Counted from the first letter of the stretch, positions 30,385 through 39,490 are shown. The stretch: DNA of 64,000 bases from Candidatus Bathyarchaeota archaeon (GCA_963780185.1 CAWABA010000001.1:160001-224000), one strand, 5' to 3'. The notes: generated by a model from the sequence alone, not told the origin. Numbers and translations are program-made.

Positions 30385-31032
30385 GTGAAGGAAAAAGTTG
30401 CGGTTGCAACGGTAAAGGGAAAAGCTTACTTTCTCATCGTTAAGCAGCTGCAAGAGCATGATATCCCTTTTGTGAATTTGGTTCCAGGCGAATCTGTGCC
30501 GTCAGAAGTTAAAGTTGTATTAACTACAGAAAAGGAAAAGAGCCTGATTAACCACGGAAAAATTCTAATCTTGCCCGATGGGGAAGAAATGGATTCTTTG
30601 GTTGATGAGGTAAAGCGGATTCTTGAAGGCAAAGAAGCGTACGAAAAAATTGTGGTGGGCGTTGACCCAGGCGGAGCCATCGGGCTTGCGGCAATCGCTG
30701 ACGGCAAGGTAATTGCGGAAAACAACTGTTTCAGCATCCGCGAATTAATCGAAGGCATACTTAAGATAGTTAAGAACGTTAATTTTTCTTTGACAAAAAT
30801 AATCGTTAAAATCGGCAACGGAGTACCCATCTACCAAGAAATAGTTAACGGTTTAGATGAAGCGTTGCCGCCTCAGGTTAGGCTTGAAGTTGTAAACGAA
30901 CGAGGAACCAACCAACCAATAAAAAAAGTCGGGCGCAGCCGAAAAATTAGACATATTTCTTCAGCCATACGAATATCAGCAAGAACAGGCTACATTGTTC
31001 CAAGAGGAAAGCCAATTGCAACAGACAGTTGA
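30385..31032 (+). CDS. Protein with RNase H-fold (YqgF/RuvC-like) domain
   Basis: VVGVDPGG.IGLA strand pattern, IGNG, VNERGT. Confidence 0.6.
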   Translation: MKEKVAVATVKGKAYFLIVKQLQEHDIPFVNLVPGESVPSEVKVVLTTEKEKSLINHGKILILPDGEEMDSLVDEVKRILEGKEAYEKIVVGVDPGGAIGLAAIADGKVIAENNCFSIRELIEGILKIVKNVNFSLTKIIVKIGNGVPIYQEIVNGLDEALPPQVRLEVVNERGTNQPIKKVGRSRKIRHISSAIRISARTGYIVPRGKPIATDS

Positions 31033-32101
31033 ATCCAGCAGGACTCTGCTAATAGATGGTCCCGCATCCGTAAAGGTTGTTTCAGGAAAAGCTGAAGTCT
31101 TCGGCTGCCCAGTTAAGCCATCTCAAAGGATCGTGGTGCGCGAAGGAAAGCGGCTGCCATTTCTTGTGCTTGAAAAAACAGAGTTTGACATATCGTTAGG
31201 CCCCAACGCAGCCGTAACAGAGACCGCTGGCAGCACAATCCCCACTTCATGGAGTAAACCCCTCGAATCGATTTTGGCGGTGCAGAAAAAACCAGCTGTT
31301 GTTTTGGTTGTTGGAAAAATTGACTCTGGGAAAAGCAGCTACTGCACTTACTTGGTGAACAGGTTGGTTGAGGGCAAATTCAGGGTTGCGGTTTTAGACG
31401 GCGATTTGGGACAATCAGACATAGGCTCCTCAGGCACCGTTAGCTACGCCATTGCCTCCAAGCCCGTTGTGGAACTGTATGATTTGAAGCTTGAGAACGC
31501 TTTTTTCGTCGGGGTTACGTCGCCGATGGTGGCGACTGTCACTACAATCGAAGGTTTAGCTGCTTTAAAGGCTGAAATTTTGCAGAAACCCGTTGATTTT
31601 GTTGTAATTAACACGGATGGTTGGGTTGAGGGTGACATTGCGGTGCAGTACAAGGCGGCTTTAGTTAAAGAGCTAAAACCTGACGTTATCGTGGGCGTTC
31701 AAGCAGGCGACGAACTCCGGGAGTTGATAGCCAACGTGGGGCAGCCCGTGTCTACGGTTGAGCTTTCTGCCTCTCTTATCCAACGAACCACGGAGAAACG
31801 CAAGAGCCTCCGGGAAATGACCTACGCAAGATACCTCAAAGACGCAAAACTTCAAAACTACCCACTGAGCCAAGTGACTATTGAACCCCAGTGGTCTCTT
31901 CCCAAAAGTCAGGTTCCAGAGAAAGGTGTGCTTCTCGGGCTGTATGGTTCAGGAAGCAAGTTTTTAGGAATCGGCGTTCTGCGGGAAATTAACCATTTGA
32001 GACGAGCGCTAAAGGTGCAGACGTCGGTTTCAGATAAGCCGCTGAGAATTGTTGTTGGGAAGGTTTGTTTGGATGAGAAGCTGAGGGAAATTCAAGACTG
32101 A
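30995..32101 (+). CDS. Clp1/Grc3/Nol9-family polynucleotide 5'-OH kinase
   Basis: GKIDSGKS Walker A, DGDLGQ, INTDGW, R...R lid; N-terminal GPASVKVVSGKAEVFG. Confidence 0.88.
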   Translation: MFQEESQLQQTVESSRTLLIDGPASVKVVSGKAEVFGCPVKPSQRIVVREGKRLPFLVLEKTEFDISLGPNAAVTETAGSTIPTSWSKPLESILAVQKKPAVVLVVGKIDSGKSSYCTYLVNRLVEGKFRVAVLDGDLGQSDIGSSGTVSYAIASKPVVELYDLKLENAFFVGVTSPMVATVTTIEGLAALKAEILQKPVDFVVINTDGWVEGDIAVQYKAALVKELKPDVIVGVQAGDELRELIANVGQPVSTVELSASLIQRTTEKRKSLREMTYARYLKDAKLQNYPLSQVTIEPQWSLPKSQVPEKGVLLGLYGSGSKFLGIGVLREINHLRRALKVQTSVSDKPLRIVVGKVCLDEKLREIQD

Positions 32102-32147
32102 GTCTTGAAAAACCGCTTATTTGCCAAGTTTCAATTGGAAGCCCGAC

Positions 32148-34079
32148 TTAGGATTGGTTTTTGAAGAAATTGCTGACTTCAGCAGCTAAGACGCCTTTTT
32201 TGTCAGGTAACGTTTTCATTCCGTCAGTTATCCACGATGGGAGAAAGCCGCGGCAGTAACTCGTGGAGAAACGGTAATCCAAAAATATGATGGCTCCCCT
32301 ATCCTCCAACGTTCTTATTGGTCTTCCTGCGGCTTGCGACGCTTTCTTCATGGCTGGCAAAATGTACCCGTATTCGCGACCAAACCCTGGAAAACGCCTC
32401 TCATAATAATCAATCTGCGCTTTCACCCTGGGCGTCGGCTCAGCGTACGGGACGCCGACAACCGCCACCGAATTCATTTGGTTGCCTGGAAAATCCACGC
32501 CTTCCGAAGTTCTTCCACCTTGTACGCCGAGGAAAACTGCGCCGCCTTTGCCGCCGCATGCCTTAAAATCCTGAACCATTTTCTCGTTGGCTTTCGAAGT
32601 CATATCTCTTCGCTCATGAAAAAGCGGTTTCTGCAACTCGTTCTCTAAGCCTGCTTCAACCAGCGAATTCAGTACTCCGAACGAGGCGGCGAAGACTCCT
32701 GTGTTAGTCGGAGTGTTCTCAGCCACTTCAACTATCCGATCAATCATCGTTTGGTACATGGCTGGGGTTCTTTTCTCCAAAGACGTGCTTACGCCGCAGC
32801 AGACCGCAGAGTAAACATGCTCCTTAGGAAACGGCGACGGCACCACGCATTCAACAGTGTTCTGCGGCAGCTTCGTTATTCTTTCAAAAGCCTTCAGCGG
32901 CTGAAGCGTACCTGACATTATCACGTTGGCATAGGTTGATGAGAAAACGGGTTCCGTGATTTTCGCTGGATCCAACGCAACTATCTGCAGCTTCGCCGTC
33001 CTGTTTCTCTCCTTGTTCATGTAGCAGCTTGCAACGGTGATGTAGGAGTCGTCTCCCACGGTGTCGACGCATTTAAGCAGGAACTCACTCATCGCATGAA
33101 TGTAGGAACGCGGATTTTTTCCTTCAGCCAACAAGGTTTTCCTGATTGCTGCGCCTGCGTCGTGGAGCTGCTCAAAAAACTCGCGTGGATTTTTGATGCC
33201 TTGTTTTTCGATGATTTTTATGATGTCTTGGGGCGGGATGATTTCTTCTCGGCTAACATGCTCAATTAGCTTCTCAACTTCTTCCCTGAAGAAAAGCGCA
33301 AAGGATTCAGCGTCTTTGTTGTGGAACCTGTTTGCCTCCAGCTCCGCTTGCTTCATCACAAAAAGCGATAGGCTGACGCTTGAGATGTCAATGGCTGTTT
33401 CAGGCAGGTTGTGTGCTTCATCGACGATTAAAATGATTTTGCCAAGTTCAGTTTCAAGGTTTTTTAGGAAAGCGTTTCGGATTTGTGGGTCGAAAACATA
33501 GAGGTAGCTTAGGGCAATTACTTTGGCTTCTGATAGGGCAGATTTGATTAGTTCGTAGGGGCAGACTTGTTTTTTCTTGCATACCGCTATGATTTCTGAT
33601 GCCATGTATGGCTTGGTTGAAACTTGCTGCTGAAGCGTGAGGTAATCGTAGGTTCTTTCGTCTACGCTGGTGTAGTATGGGCATCTGCCTTTGGCTTTAA
33701 GTAACTCGCAGACTTCCATGAGCGATTTTGAGTCAAACGCGCCTCGCTGCGCAAAAACGTTGAGGCACATTTCGTTGCGTCCGCGGATTGAAACCCCAGT
33801 GACATGTTGCTTGTTGTAGATGGCTCGTAGCTCCTCTATGACCCTGTCGTGTTGCCGATGAGTCCTCGCCACGTAAAGTATCTTCAAATTCTTCTCGACG
33901 GCTACGGGCACGCAGGCGGAAAGGGCTGAAATGGTTTTGCCTAACCCGTTGCTGCCTTCAATCAGGATCGAACGCCTATCACGCACCGCGTTGTAAACCG
34001 TGCTCACGAACTCGTCCTGATGCGGACGCACGCTGGAGTAGGGAAAAAACGCGGAAACCTGCGCGGGCAACTTAATCAT
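32148..34079 (-). CDS. xpd: XPD/Rad3-like Fe-S DNA helicase
   Basis: FPY..RPHQ Q motif, GSNGLGKT, Fe-S cysteines, DEAHN, SGTL, SEGVDF, QAAGRPIR. Confidence 0.93.
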   Translation of the reverse strand: MIKLPAQVSAFFPYSSVRPHQDEFVSTVYNAVRDRRSILIEGSNGLGKTISALSACVPVAVEKNLKILYVARTHRQHDRVIEELRAIYNKQHVTGVSIRGRNEMCLNVFAQRGAFDSKSLMEVCELLKAKGRCPYYTSVDERTYDYLTLQQQVSTKPYMASEIIAVCKKKQVCPYELIKSALSEAKVIALSYLYVFDPQIRNAFLKNLETELGKIILIVDEAHNLPETAIDISSVSLSLFVMKQAELEANRFHNKDAESFALFFREEVEKLIEHVSREEIIPPQDIIKIIEKQGIKNPREFFEQLHDAGAAIRKTLLAEGKNPRSYIHAMSEFLLKCVDTVGDDSYITVASCYMNKERNRTAKLQIVALDPAKITEPVFSSTYANVIMSGTLQPLKAFERITKLPQNTVECVVPSPFPKEHVYSAVCCGVSTSLEKRTPAMYQTMIDRIVEVAENTPTNTGVFAASFGVLNSLVEAGLENELQKPLFHERRDMTSKANEKMVQDFKACGGKGGAVFLGVQGGRTSEGVDFPGNQMNSVAVVGVPYAEPTPRVKAQIDYYERRFPGFGREYGYILPAMKKASQAAGRPIRTLEDRGAIIFLDYRFSTSYCRGFLPSWITDGMKTLPDKKGVLAAEVSNFFKNQS

Positions 34080-34746
34080 GCATATCCCCCAAAGCCTTTG
34101 ATGGACAGTAATTGTAGACTGGACACTGATGGCACAGTGGGCGCCCTGCCTTGCAGTATTTTCTGCCGTGAGCAATCAACAACAAATGAACCGTCAGGTA
34201 ATCCTTCGGGTCAAAAATTGACATGAGGCTTGTGCGTACGGCTTCGTAGTCGCCGTTTGCGGGTGCTAAACCAAGCCGCTTCGACACGCGGTAAACATGG
34301 GTGTCCACGGGGACGGTGGGTTGGTTAGCTGAGAAAAGCAAGACAACATCCGCCGTTTTCGGACCAACACCAGGCAACTCCATAAGCGTTGCTCTCGCCT
34401 CATCCAGTGGCAAGCACAGAACGGGGGCAAGGGCTCCGTTGAATTTTTCAATAATGATTTTGGAGACTGCTTTTATTGCGTTTGCTTTGTTGCGGTATAA
34501 GCCTGCAACGTGAAGGCAAGCTTCAATTTCGCTTACTCCAGCGTTAGCCAGCGCTTGAGGGGTTATTTCGAAGTGCTTCGACAGGGCTTCGAAGGCTCGC
34601 TCAGTGTTGGTGTCAGCCGTGTTCTGTGAAATAATCGTTATAACTAAGGTTTCGAATGGGTCGTTTTTCGGTTTAACCAACTTAGGCACGGCTACTGTGT
34701 CCTGCAGTATCTGCAAGATTGTTCCCGCGTGAGTGTCAGCCATCAT
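34072..34746 (-). CDS. nth: Endonuclease III (HhH-GPD, [4Fe-4S])
   Basis: LPGVGPKTA HhH, VDTHV, C-x6-C-x2-C-x5-C. Confidence 0.95.
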   Translation of the reverse strand: MMADTHAGTILQILQDTVAVPKLVKPKNDPFETLVITIISQNTADTNTERAFEALSKHFEITPQALANAGVSEIEACLHVAGLYRNKANAIKAVSKIIIEKFNGALAPVLCLPLDEARATLMELPGVGPKTADVVLLFSANQPTVPVDTHVYRVSKRLGLAPANGDYEAVRTSLMSIFDPKDYLTVHLLLIAHGRKYCKAGRPLCHQCPVYNYCPSKALGDMHD

Positions 34747-34788
34747 CGTGCCTTCATAGGTCTCGAAAATATTAACCTCCAACTATTG

Positions 34789-34886
34789 ATTTGCCAAGTT
34801 ATAAATATCCTTTCAATTGATAATTAGGTCTTACTGAGTACATCTTAAGACCTTATAATGTACTCTTGAAACTTGGCTAAATACTA
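34789..34886. repeat. Nested/interleaved inverted-repeat element; related copies at 35459-35555 and 32118-32135
   Basis: atttgccaagtt (34789-34800) / aacttggctaaat (34870-34882); aggtctta (34826-33) / taagacct (34846-53); gagtacat (34836-43) / atgtactc (34858-65). Confidence 0.7.
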
Positions 34887-34908
34887 CAGGTTAAAGTCTT
34901 AAATTCAA

Positions 34909-35100
34909 TCATGGTTCGCCTAACAAATGTAACGCATCCTTTACAGCATGCCTTCCATCATATACCGCTTTTCTTGCATCGTCTATGTTGCCATCAGTTA
35001 GAAATTTCTCCGCTTCACCTAATCGTCTATACCCCCATTGCAATTCTTTGCTGGCTTCTTTATAGTTCGGTTGTAAATCTTCAATTTCTTTTTTAGGCAT
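34909..35100 (-). CDS. Small helical protein resembling the N-terminal half of a HEPN domain
   Basis: RLGEAEKFLTDGNIDDARKAVY...HAVK.AL pattern; own promoter block upstream. Confidence 0.5.
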   Translation of the reverse strand: MPKKEIEDLQPNYKEASKELQWGYRRLGEAEKFLTDGNIDDARKAVYDGRHAVKDALHLLGEP

Positions 35101-35555
35101 TTAAACACACAGCAATGCCAATTGCAATCAATTTAGTTTTAAGTTTTTGCGTACTCAAAAAACGGGCTATTTTTCGTTTAAGCAACCAGATGCTTCGGTT
35201 AAAAAAACTAGCTCAAAAATTCATCCTTCGTTGAAGAGAGTACCATGACGCCAAGCACAGTTGCCATTAAACTAATAGAATTATACAATAAATTCTGGTT
35301 AAAACCATTCCAGACCTTCCTTGTTGCACACTTTAACGCTTTCCTTTTCAAGCTAAGAAGCACATAAAGCCATATTCAAAATTTTTTAGGGGGTCATCTT
35401 TTTAAATTCACTAAAAGACAGTGCGCCGTAGGCGCTAAAAGGGTATCCAACCGTTTTTAGAAACTTAGCTAAATACTGAGTTCCTCTTAACCCTTGAATG
35501 TACTCGGTAATAGCCCCTAACCGTTTAATGTTCTTTGGTAACTTAGTTAATTCTG

Positions 35556-36035
35556 TTATTTGACAAAATAATTCCTTAAGGATATAGGTCCAATCTCAAT
35601 CTTAATACAAGCCATCTTCGTCTCAAACCCGTACTTTTTCGCTAAAACGAGAAATGCCTTCTGCTTCTTGGGCATTTCAAACTTGTTTACTTTAACTTCT
35701 AAAAATGTAAGTTCTGGCATTCTTGTAAGAAAGTCTGGACGTCTATACTTTATCCCTCGAAGCTCATCAAATAACGAAAGAACCCTTTCTTTTTCTTCTG
35801 ATGTCAGAAAATCTTCCCAATCATCATACAGAGGGAGATATGAAGCCCAACCATGATAGCCGAAGTGAATGGACGAATAATTGCTTGATGTAAGCCAATC
35901 TACAACAACCTTCTCTCCTATCATTCCCAACTCGTTTGAAATGTTAGTGGATAAGTTTTTTGGCTGTTTACGAATCTCAGCTATAATCTTCGCTATCCTA
36001 TCTTGTTTATTGTTGTTACTCATCGTTTTTTCCAT
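35556..36035 (-). CDS. PD-(D/E)XK nuclease (VRR-NUC-like)
   Basis: G.IGE helix, RPDFL...FLEVK, P..Q..F. Confidence 0.7.
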   Translation of the reverse strand: MEKTMSNNNKQDRIAKIIAEIRKQPKNLSTNISNELGMIGEKVVVDWLTSSNYSSIHFGYHGWASYLPLYDDWEDFLTSEEKERVLSLFDELRGIKYRRPDFLTRMPELTFLEVKVNKFEMPKKQKAFLVLAKKYGFETKMACIKIEIGPISLRNYFVK

Positions 36036-36047
36036 ACTTAGGCTATT

Positions 36048-36075
36048 TCACCGCTATGCAGTTTTAAGTTTTTGC
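36048..36075 (-). promoter_or_regulatory. Repeated BRE/TATA block (other copies about 35135-35150, 36318-36345, 36576-36602)
   Basis: Minus strand gcaaaaacttaaaactgcatagcg; copies gcaaaatcgttaaatctgcatagcg, ctcaaatcttaaatctgcacagcg, gcaaaaacttaaaact. Confidence 0.75.
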
Positions 36076-36096
36076 ATCACTAAAAAATTAAAAGGG

Positions 36097-36285
36097 CTAT
36101 TTTTTCAGGAATAGTCCAAATATGAGTGTTATGAACGCAATGAACCAAAGTGCTATTCCGAGCCAATAAAATGTATTCATTTGATTGCTTATTGAACCTG
36201 ATATGACTCTTGTCCAACAGCCATAATATATCTCGGTCAGTATCGCCCCGAGCATGATTATTATTAAGCTGATTTTTAGCAACAT
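36097..36285 (-). CDS. Small 2-TM membrane protein
   Basis: Two hydrophobic helices; GAGGTGA SD and the repeated promoter block upstream. Confidence 0.6.
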   Translation of the reverse strand: MLLKISLIIIMLGAILTEIYYGCWTRVISGSISNQMNTFYWLGIALWFIAFITLIFGLFLKK

Positions 36286-36345
36286 TTTATTCGTGTTTTT
36301 TCACCTCAATTCGTTATCTACGCTATGCAGATTTAACGATTTTGC

Positions 36346-36552
36346 TTAGCCAAAGGTAGAATCCAACGACTTAAAATATTTGGCGATAGCTGATTTAGCT
36401 TTTTCCAGTTCTAAGTTGTGCTTTGTTGGAGCTATAAGATGGTTCATCAAGGCACCTTCCCATTGCTTTAGAGTTTTGGGTTTTCCCTTTTTTATTCTAA
36501 ATTCATCACTGCACAGAGGACAGCGAATTTCAGAAAATTTTTTCGTTTCCAT
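36346..36552 (-). CDS. Small putative Zn-finger protein (CxxC...H..H)
   Basis: CPLC...NHLIAPTKH; GAGGTGA SD and the repeated promoter block upstream. Confidence 0.6.
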   Translation of the reverse strand: METKKFSEIRCPLCSDEFRIKKGKPKTLKQWEGALMNHLIAPTKHNLELEKAKSAIAKYFKSLDSTFG

Positions 36553-36775
36553 ATTTTCACCTCAGTTCTTCTATTCTACGCTGTGCAGATTTAAGATTTG
36601 AGTTTGTTGTCTTGCGGGTGGCTGAATTGTAGGTGTCCGTTTTTGCCGTAGGTTAATTGTTGTTTTATTGGCGGTTTAACACATCTGTAGCACAGCGGAA
36701 TGCGAGGCAACCTGAACTTTTTGTTTCTGGAATTTGAGACGAGTTGAAAAGAAAAAAACTAAATAGACAAAAGTT

Positions 36776-38140
36776 TTAACCTGTTGAATTCTTCACAAGT
36801 TGGTTAGCACTAAACATTAAGGCATCTTTATCGGTGAGGACGTCGAATCCTAATTTTGAGAAAAGCACAAACTTGACAGGTTTCTTGGTCACTGCAACCG
36901 CTTGGGCAGACTCTTTTAACCAGTTTAGTTCTCGCTGTCCCACTTTCTGCTGGGTCCACTTGCACTCACCAACGTAGATGGCTTTGTCAGTTTCTATGAC
37001 CAGATCAATCTCGCGTTGCTCAGAGCGCCCATTAACTTTCACTGCACCCCACCACTTACCAGCTGCTAGCAGCCTCTCGCCTCGCGCAATCAAGAATTCA
37101 CACAGAAACTGCCGACACAACATCTCAAAACGCTTACCAATAAACGAACTTAACTCTTCTGTACGTGGTGCAGATAGCTTTCCATAGACCTCCGAAAACC
37201 AAAAGGCAAGCGTGTTATCCACAATAAAATACAGTCCCTTCTTGCTTCTGGCAGGTTTTTCTCCGAAAGGAACAATGCGCTCAACAATTTTGAAGTCATG
37301 TATAAGAGCACTCAAATACTTAGTCAAAGTCGTCGAGCGAACGCCAACTTTCTGCGATATTTCATTCAAAGAAACGTAACCTGCGCTAATTGCCTCTAAA
37401 ACGGCATAATACTTCGCGTAAGCGTTTCCAAACTCCTGCCTTAGGACATTTTCGCCTTCTTCCTTAAGCTGTGCACCGACATCAAAGAACAGAGAATTCA
37501 CTGCGCTTTCAAAAGAACGGTTCTCAAGCTTTTCCAAAAGGACATAGTAAAAGGGGACACCGCCAAAAACACAGTAAAAACTCACCTGCTCAGAAGGCAG
37601 CAAAACACCAAAATCACTCAAAATATCCGCAACAGTCCCAAACGAAAGCTGCCCAAGATTTATCGCCGATGTAGCACGATTAAAAAGAGGCGCTTTCTTA
37701 GCGGCAAAAAGACGATTCATCATCCCTGCATAAGACCCAGAAACAACAAGCATAACATCCTTGGAATCCTTGTACTTATCCCATAACCTTTGCAACTCAT
37801 AAGGAACCGCTTCATTCACAACGAGAACATTAGAAAACTCGTCCAAACATAAAAGACCGACATTTTGCTCAAAAAGATACTCGAAAGCATCCTTCAAAGA
37901 AGCAAAAGATGGAGAGTACCCCAACTTAAGCCGAATCTCTGCTTCAACGTCGCCAGCAACCTGCTTCTCCTCTTTAGGAACTATAAGCACGCTTATTGCC
38001 TTTTTATCCTTGACAAACTCGTCGATAAGGCGGCTTTTCCCTATTCGCCGCCTGCCGCTGACAACAATAAAGTCGGAGCCTGACCTCAAATAAGCCTTCT
38101 CTAAAGCCTCAAGCTCTATTTCCCTATCATAGAACCTCAT
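36776..38140 (-). CDS. Archaeal AAA+ ATPase (ATPase_2) with wHTH and C-terminal DUF234 PD-(D/E)XK domain
   Basis: FYDRE.EL, GRRRIGKS, LDEF, GGVP.Y, D....FWF, EIDLV...GECKW. Confidence 0.9.
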   Translation of the reverse strand: MRFYDREIELEALEKAYLRSGSDFIVVSGRRRIGKSRLIDEFVKDKKAISVLIVPKEEKQVAGDVEAEIRLKLGYSPSFASLKDAFEYLFEQNVGLLCLDEFSNVLVVNEAVPYELQRLWDKYKDSKDVMLVVSGSYAGMMNRLFAAKKAPLFNRATSAINLGQLSFGTVADILSDFGVLLPSEQVSFYCVFGGVPFYYVLLEKLENRSFESAVNSLFFDVGAQLKEEGENVLRQEFGNAYAKYYAVLEAISAGYVSLNEISQKVGVRSTTLTKYLSALIHDFKIVERIVPFGEKPARSKKGLYFIVDNTLAFWFSEVYGKLSAPRTEELSSFIGKRFEMLCRQFLCEFLIARGERLLAAGKWWGAVKVNGRSEQREIDLVIETDKAIYVGECKWTQQKVGQRELNWLKESAQAVAVTKKPVKFVLFSKLGFDVLTDKDALMFSANQLVKNSTG

Positions 38141-38448
38141 GCAACCAACCAGCTTTATCCAATTTCAGGATAATCCTATAACTGGATAAAACCCTAATAA
38201 ACCATTCCCCATCTTTAACAGCGGTCAAGGCAAATTTCATGACCAAAAGTTGCTAAAAAAGAGCGGGAGCGAAAAAGCTTGGTTTTATTTGAATGAGGAA
38301 GCATGGCGACGCTTGCGCCTGAAGAACCCGCCAGCCCCTCAGACAAATAGCCATCACAAGCGGCAAACCAAGAAAGCTGCAACCCAAAAAGCCTTCAAAC
38401 CCCAAAATGGAAAACCAGAACCCAAGCAAAACCGAAGCTGCCGCCGAG

Positions 38449-38630
38449 AAAGTCGCAGCGCCCATACGCGACAATGCCGCCTATGTTGAGTCAACATACA
38501 AAGTCGCAATCCGCCCATCCCAAAGTCGCAATGTTCAAGCAGAAGCCAAGCCTAAACCAAAAAAGCAACCCAAAACACAAAGACCCAAGGCGGAAAGTCG
38601 CAACTTTCACCAAAACAAAAGTCGCAACTT
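38449..38630 (+). repeat. Five copies of AAAGTCGCA plus a palindrome and a dif-like site
   Basis: Copies at 38449, 38500, 38522, 38594, 38618; tatgttgagtcaacata palindrome at 38482-38498. Confidence 0.8.
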
Positions 38631-38753
38631 AAAAATTTAAACCAAAACCGCACCCAAAAAGCTGCAGCGGAATGGATTCTGGCTAGGAAAGGTTTTTAGT
38701 GTGGTTATTATATGAGATGTTGAAAAGTATATTGTGTAAGTGAGGTTAACATT

Positions 38754-39483
38754 ATGTCAGTCTTTGCAGCACCAGGAGCATATGACCGTGCAATAACCGT
38801 TTTCTCGCCTGACGGACGACTCTTCCAAGTCGAATACGCAATGGAACTAGTAAACCGCGGAGCCACAATCATCGGCATCCAATGCCAAGAAGGTTTAGTT
38901 CTCGGCTCAGAAGAAAACATCGAAGTCCTTGAAGAAGCAGGGTACAGCTGGAAAATCTTCAGGGTAGATGATCATATTGGCGCGGCGATAGTCGGTTTAA
39001 GTTCAGACGCCAGAATACTCATCGATCAAGCGCGGATTTACGCTCAAAGTAACAAACTAACCTACGACGAACCCATAGATATAGAAGTCGTCACAAAACG
39101 CATATGCGACATCCAGCAGATGTACACGCAACACGCGGGTGTACGACCCTTCGGAGTTTCAATAATCTTCGGCGGCGTCGACAAAACAGGCACACGCGTC
39201 TTTGGCACACACCCAAGCGGAACATACCGAGGATACAAAGCCACAGCCTTAGGCGCAGGAAGAGAAACAGTTTTAGCAATACTCAAAGAAGAATACAAAG
39301 AAGACCTGTCACTTGAACAAGGCATCAAACTAACCGTAAAATGCCTAATCAAAGCCCTCGAAGCACGCCAACTGCCACCCAGAATAAAAATCTCGGTCAT
39401 CCCACTATCAACCAAAAAGATGGAAATGCTAGGCAGACGACAAAGTAGAAGGCTACATCAAAGAGCTAAGTTCAAGCAAGTGA
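38754..39483 (+). CDS. psmA: Proteasome alpha subunit, apparent +1 indel near 39432 affecting the last codons
   Basis: YDRAITVFSPDGRLFQVEYA, GVRPFGVS. Confidence 0.97.
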
Positions 39484-39490
39484 AAACCTG

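Noticed and set aside
34783-36610. Canonical integron
   Set aside because: No tyrosine integrase in the window and no clear RYYYAAC...GTTRRRY attC with L boxes; reported as an atypical cassette array instead
38449-38630. CRISPR array
   Set aside because: Repeat is only 9-13 nt with irregular spacing (51, 22, 72, 24); no cas genes
38250-38640. ORFs 38250, 38253, 38407 (and 19176..19361) as real genes
   Set aside because: Low-complexity products arising from repeat-rich A/C-skewed DNA; no recognisable domain
36693-38674. cagcggaatg direct repeat flanking the AAA ATPase
   Set aside because: Only 10 nt; could be chance and there is no other supporting boundary signal
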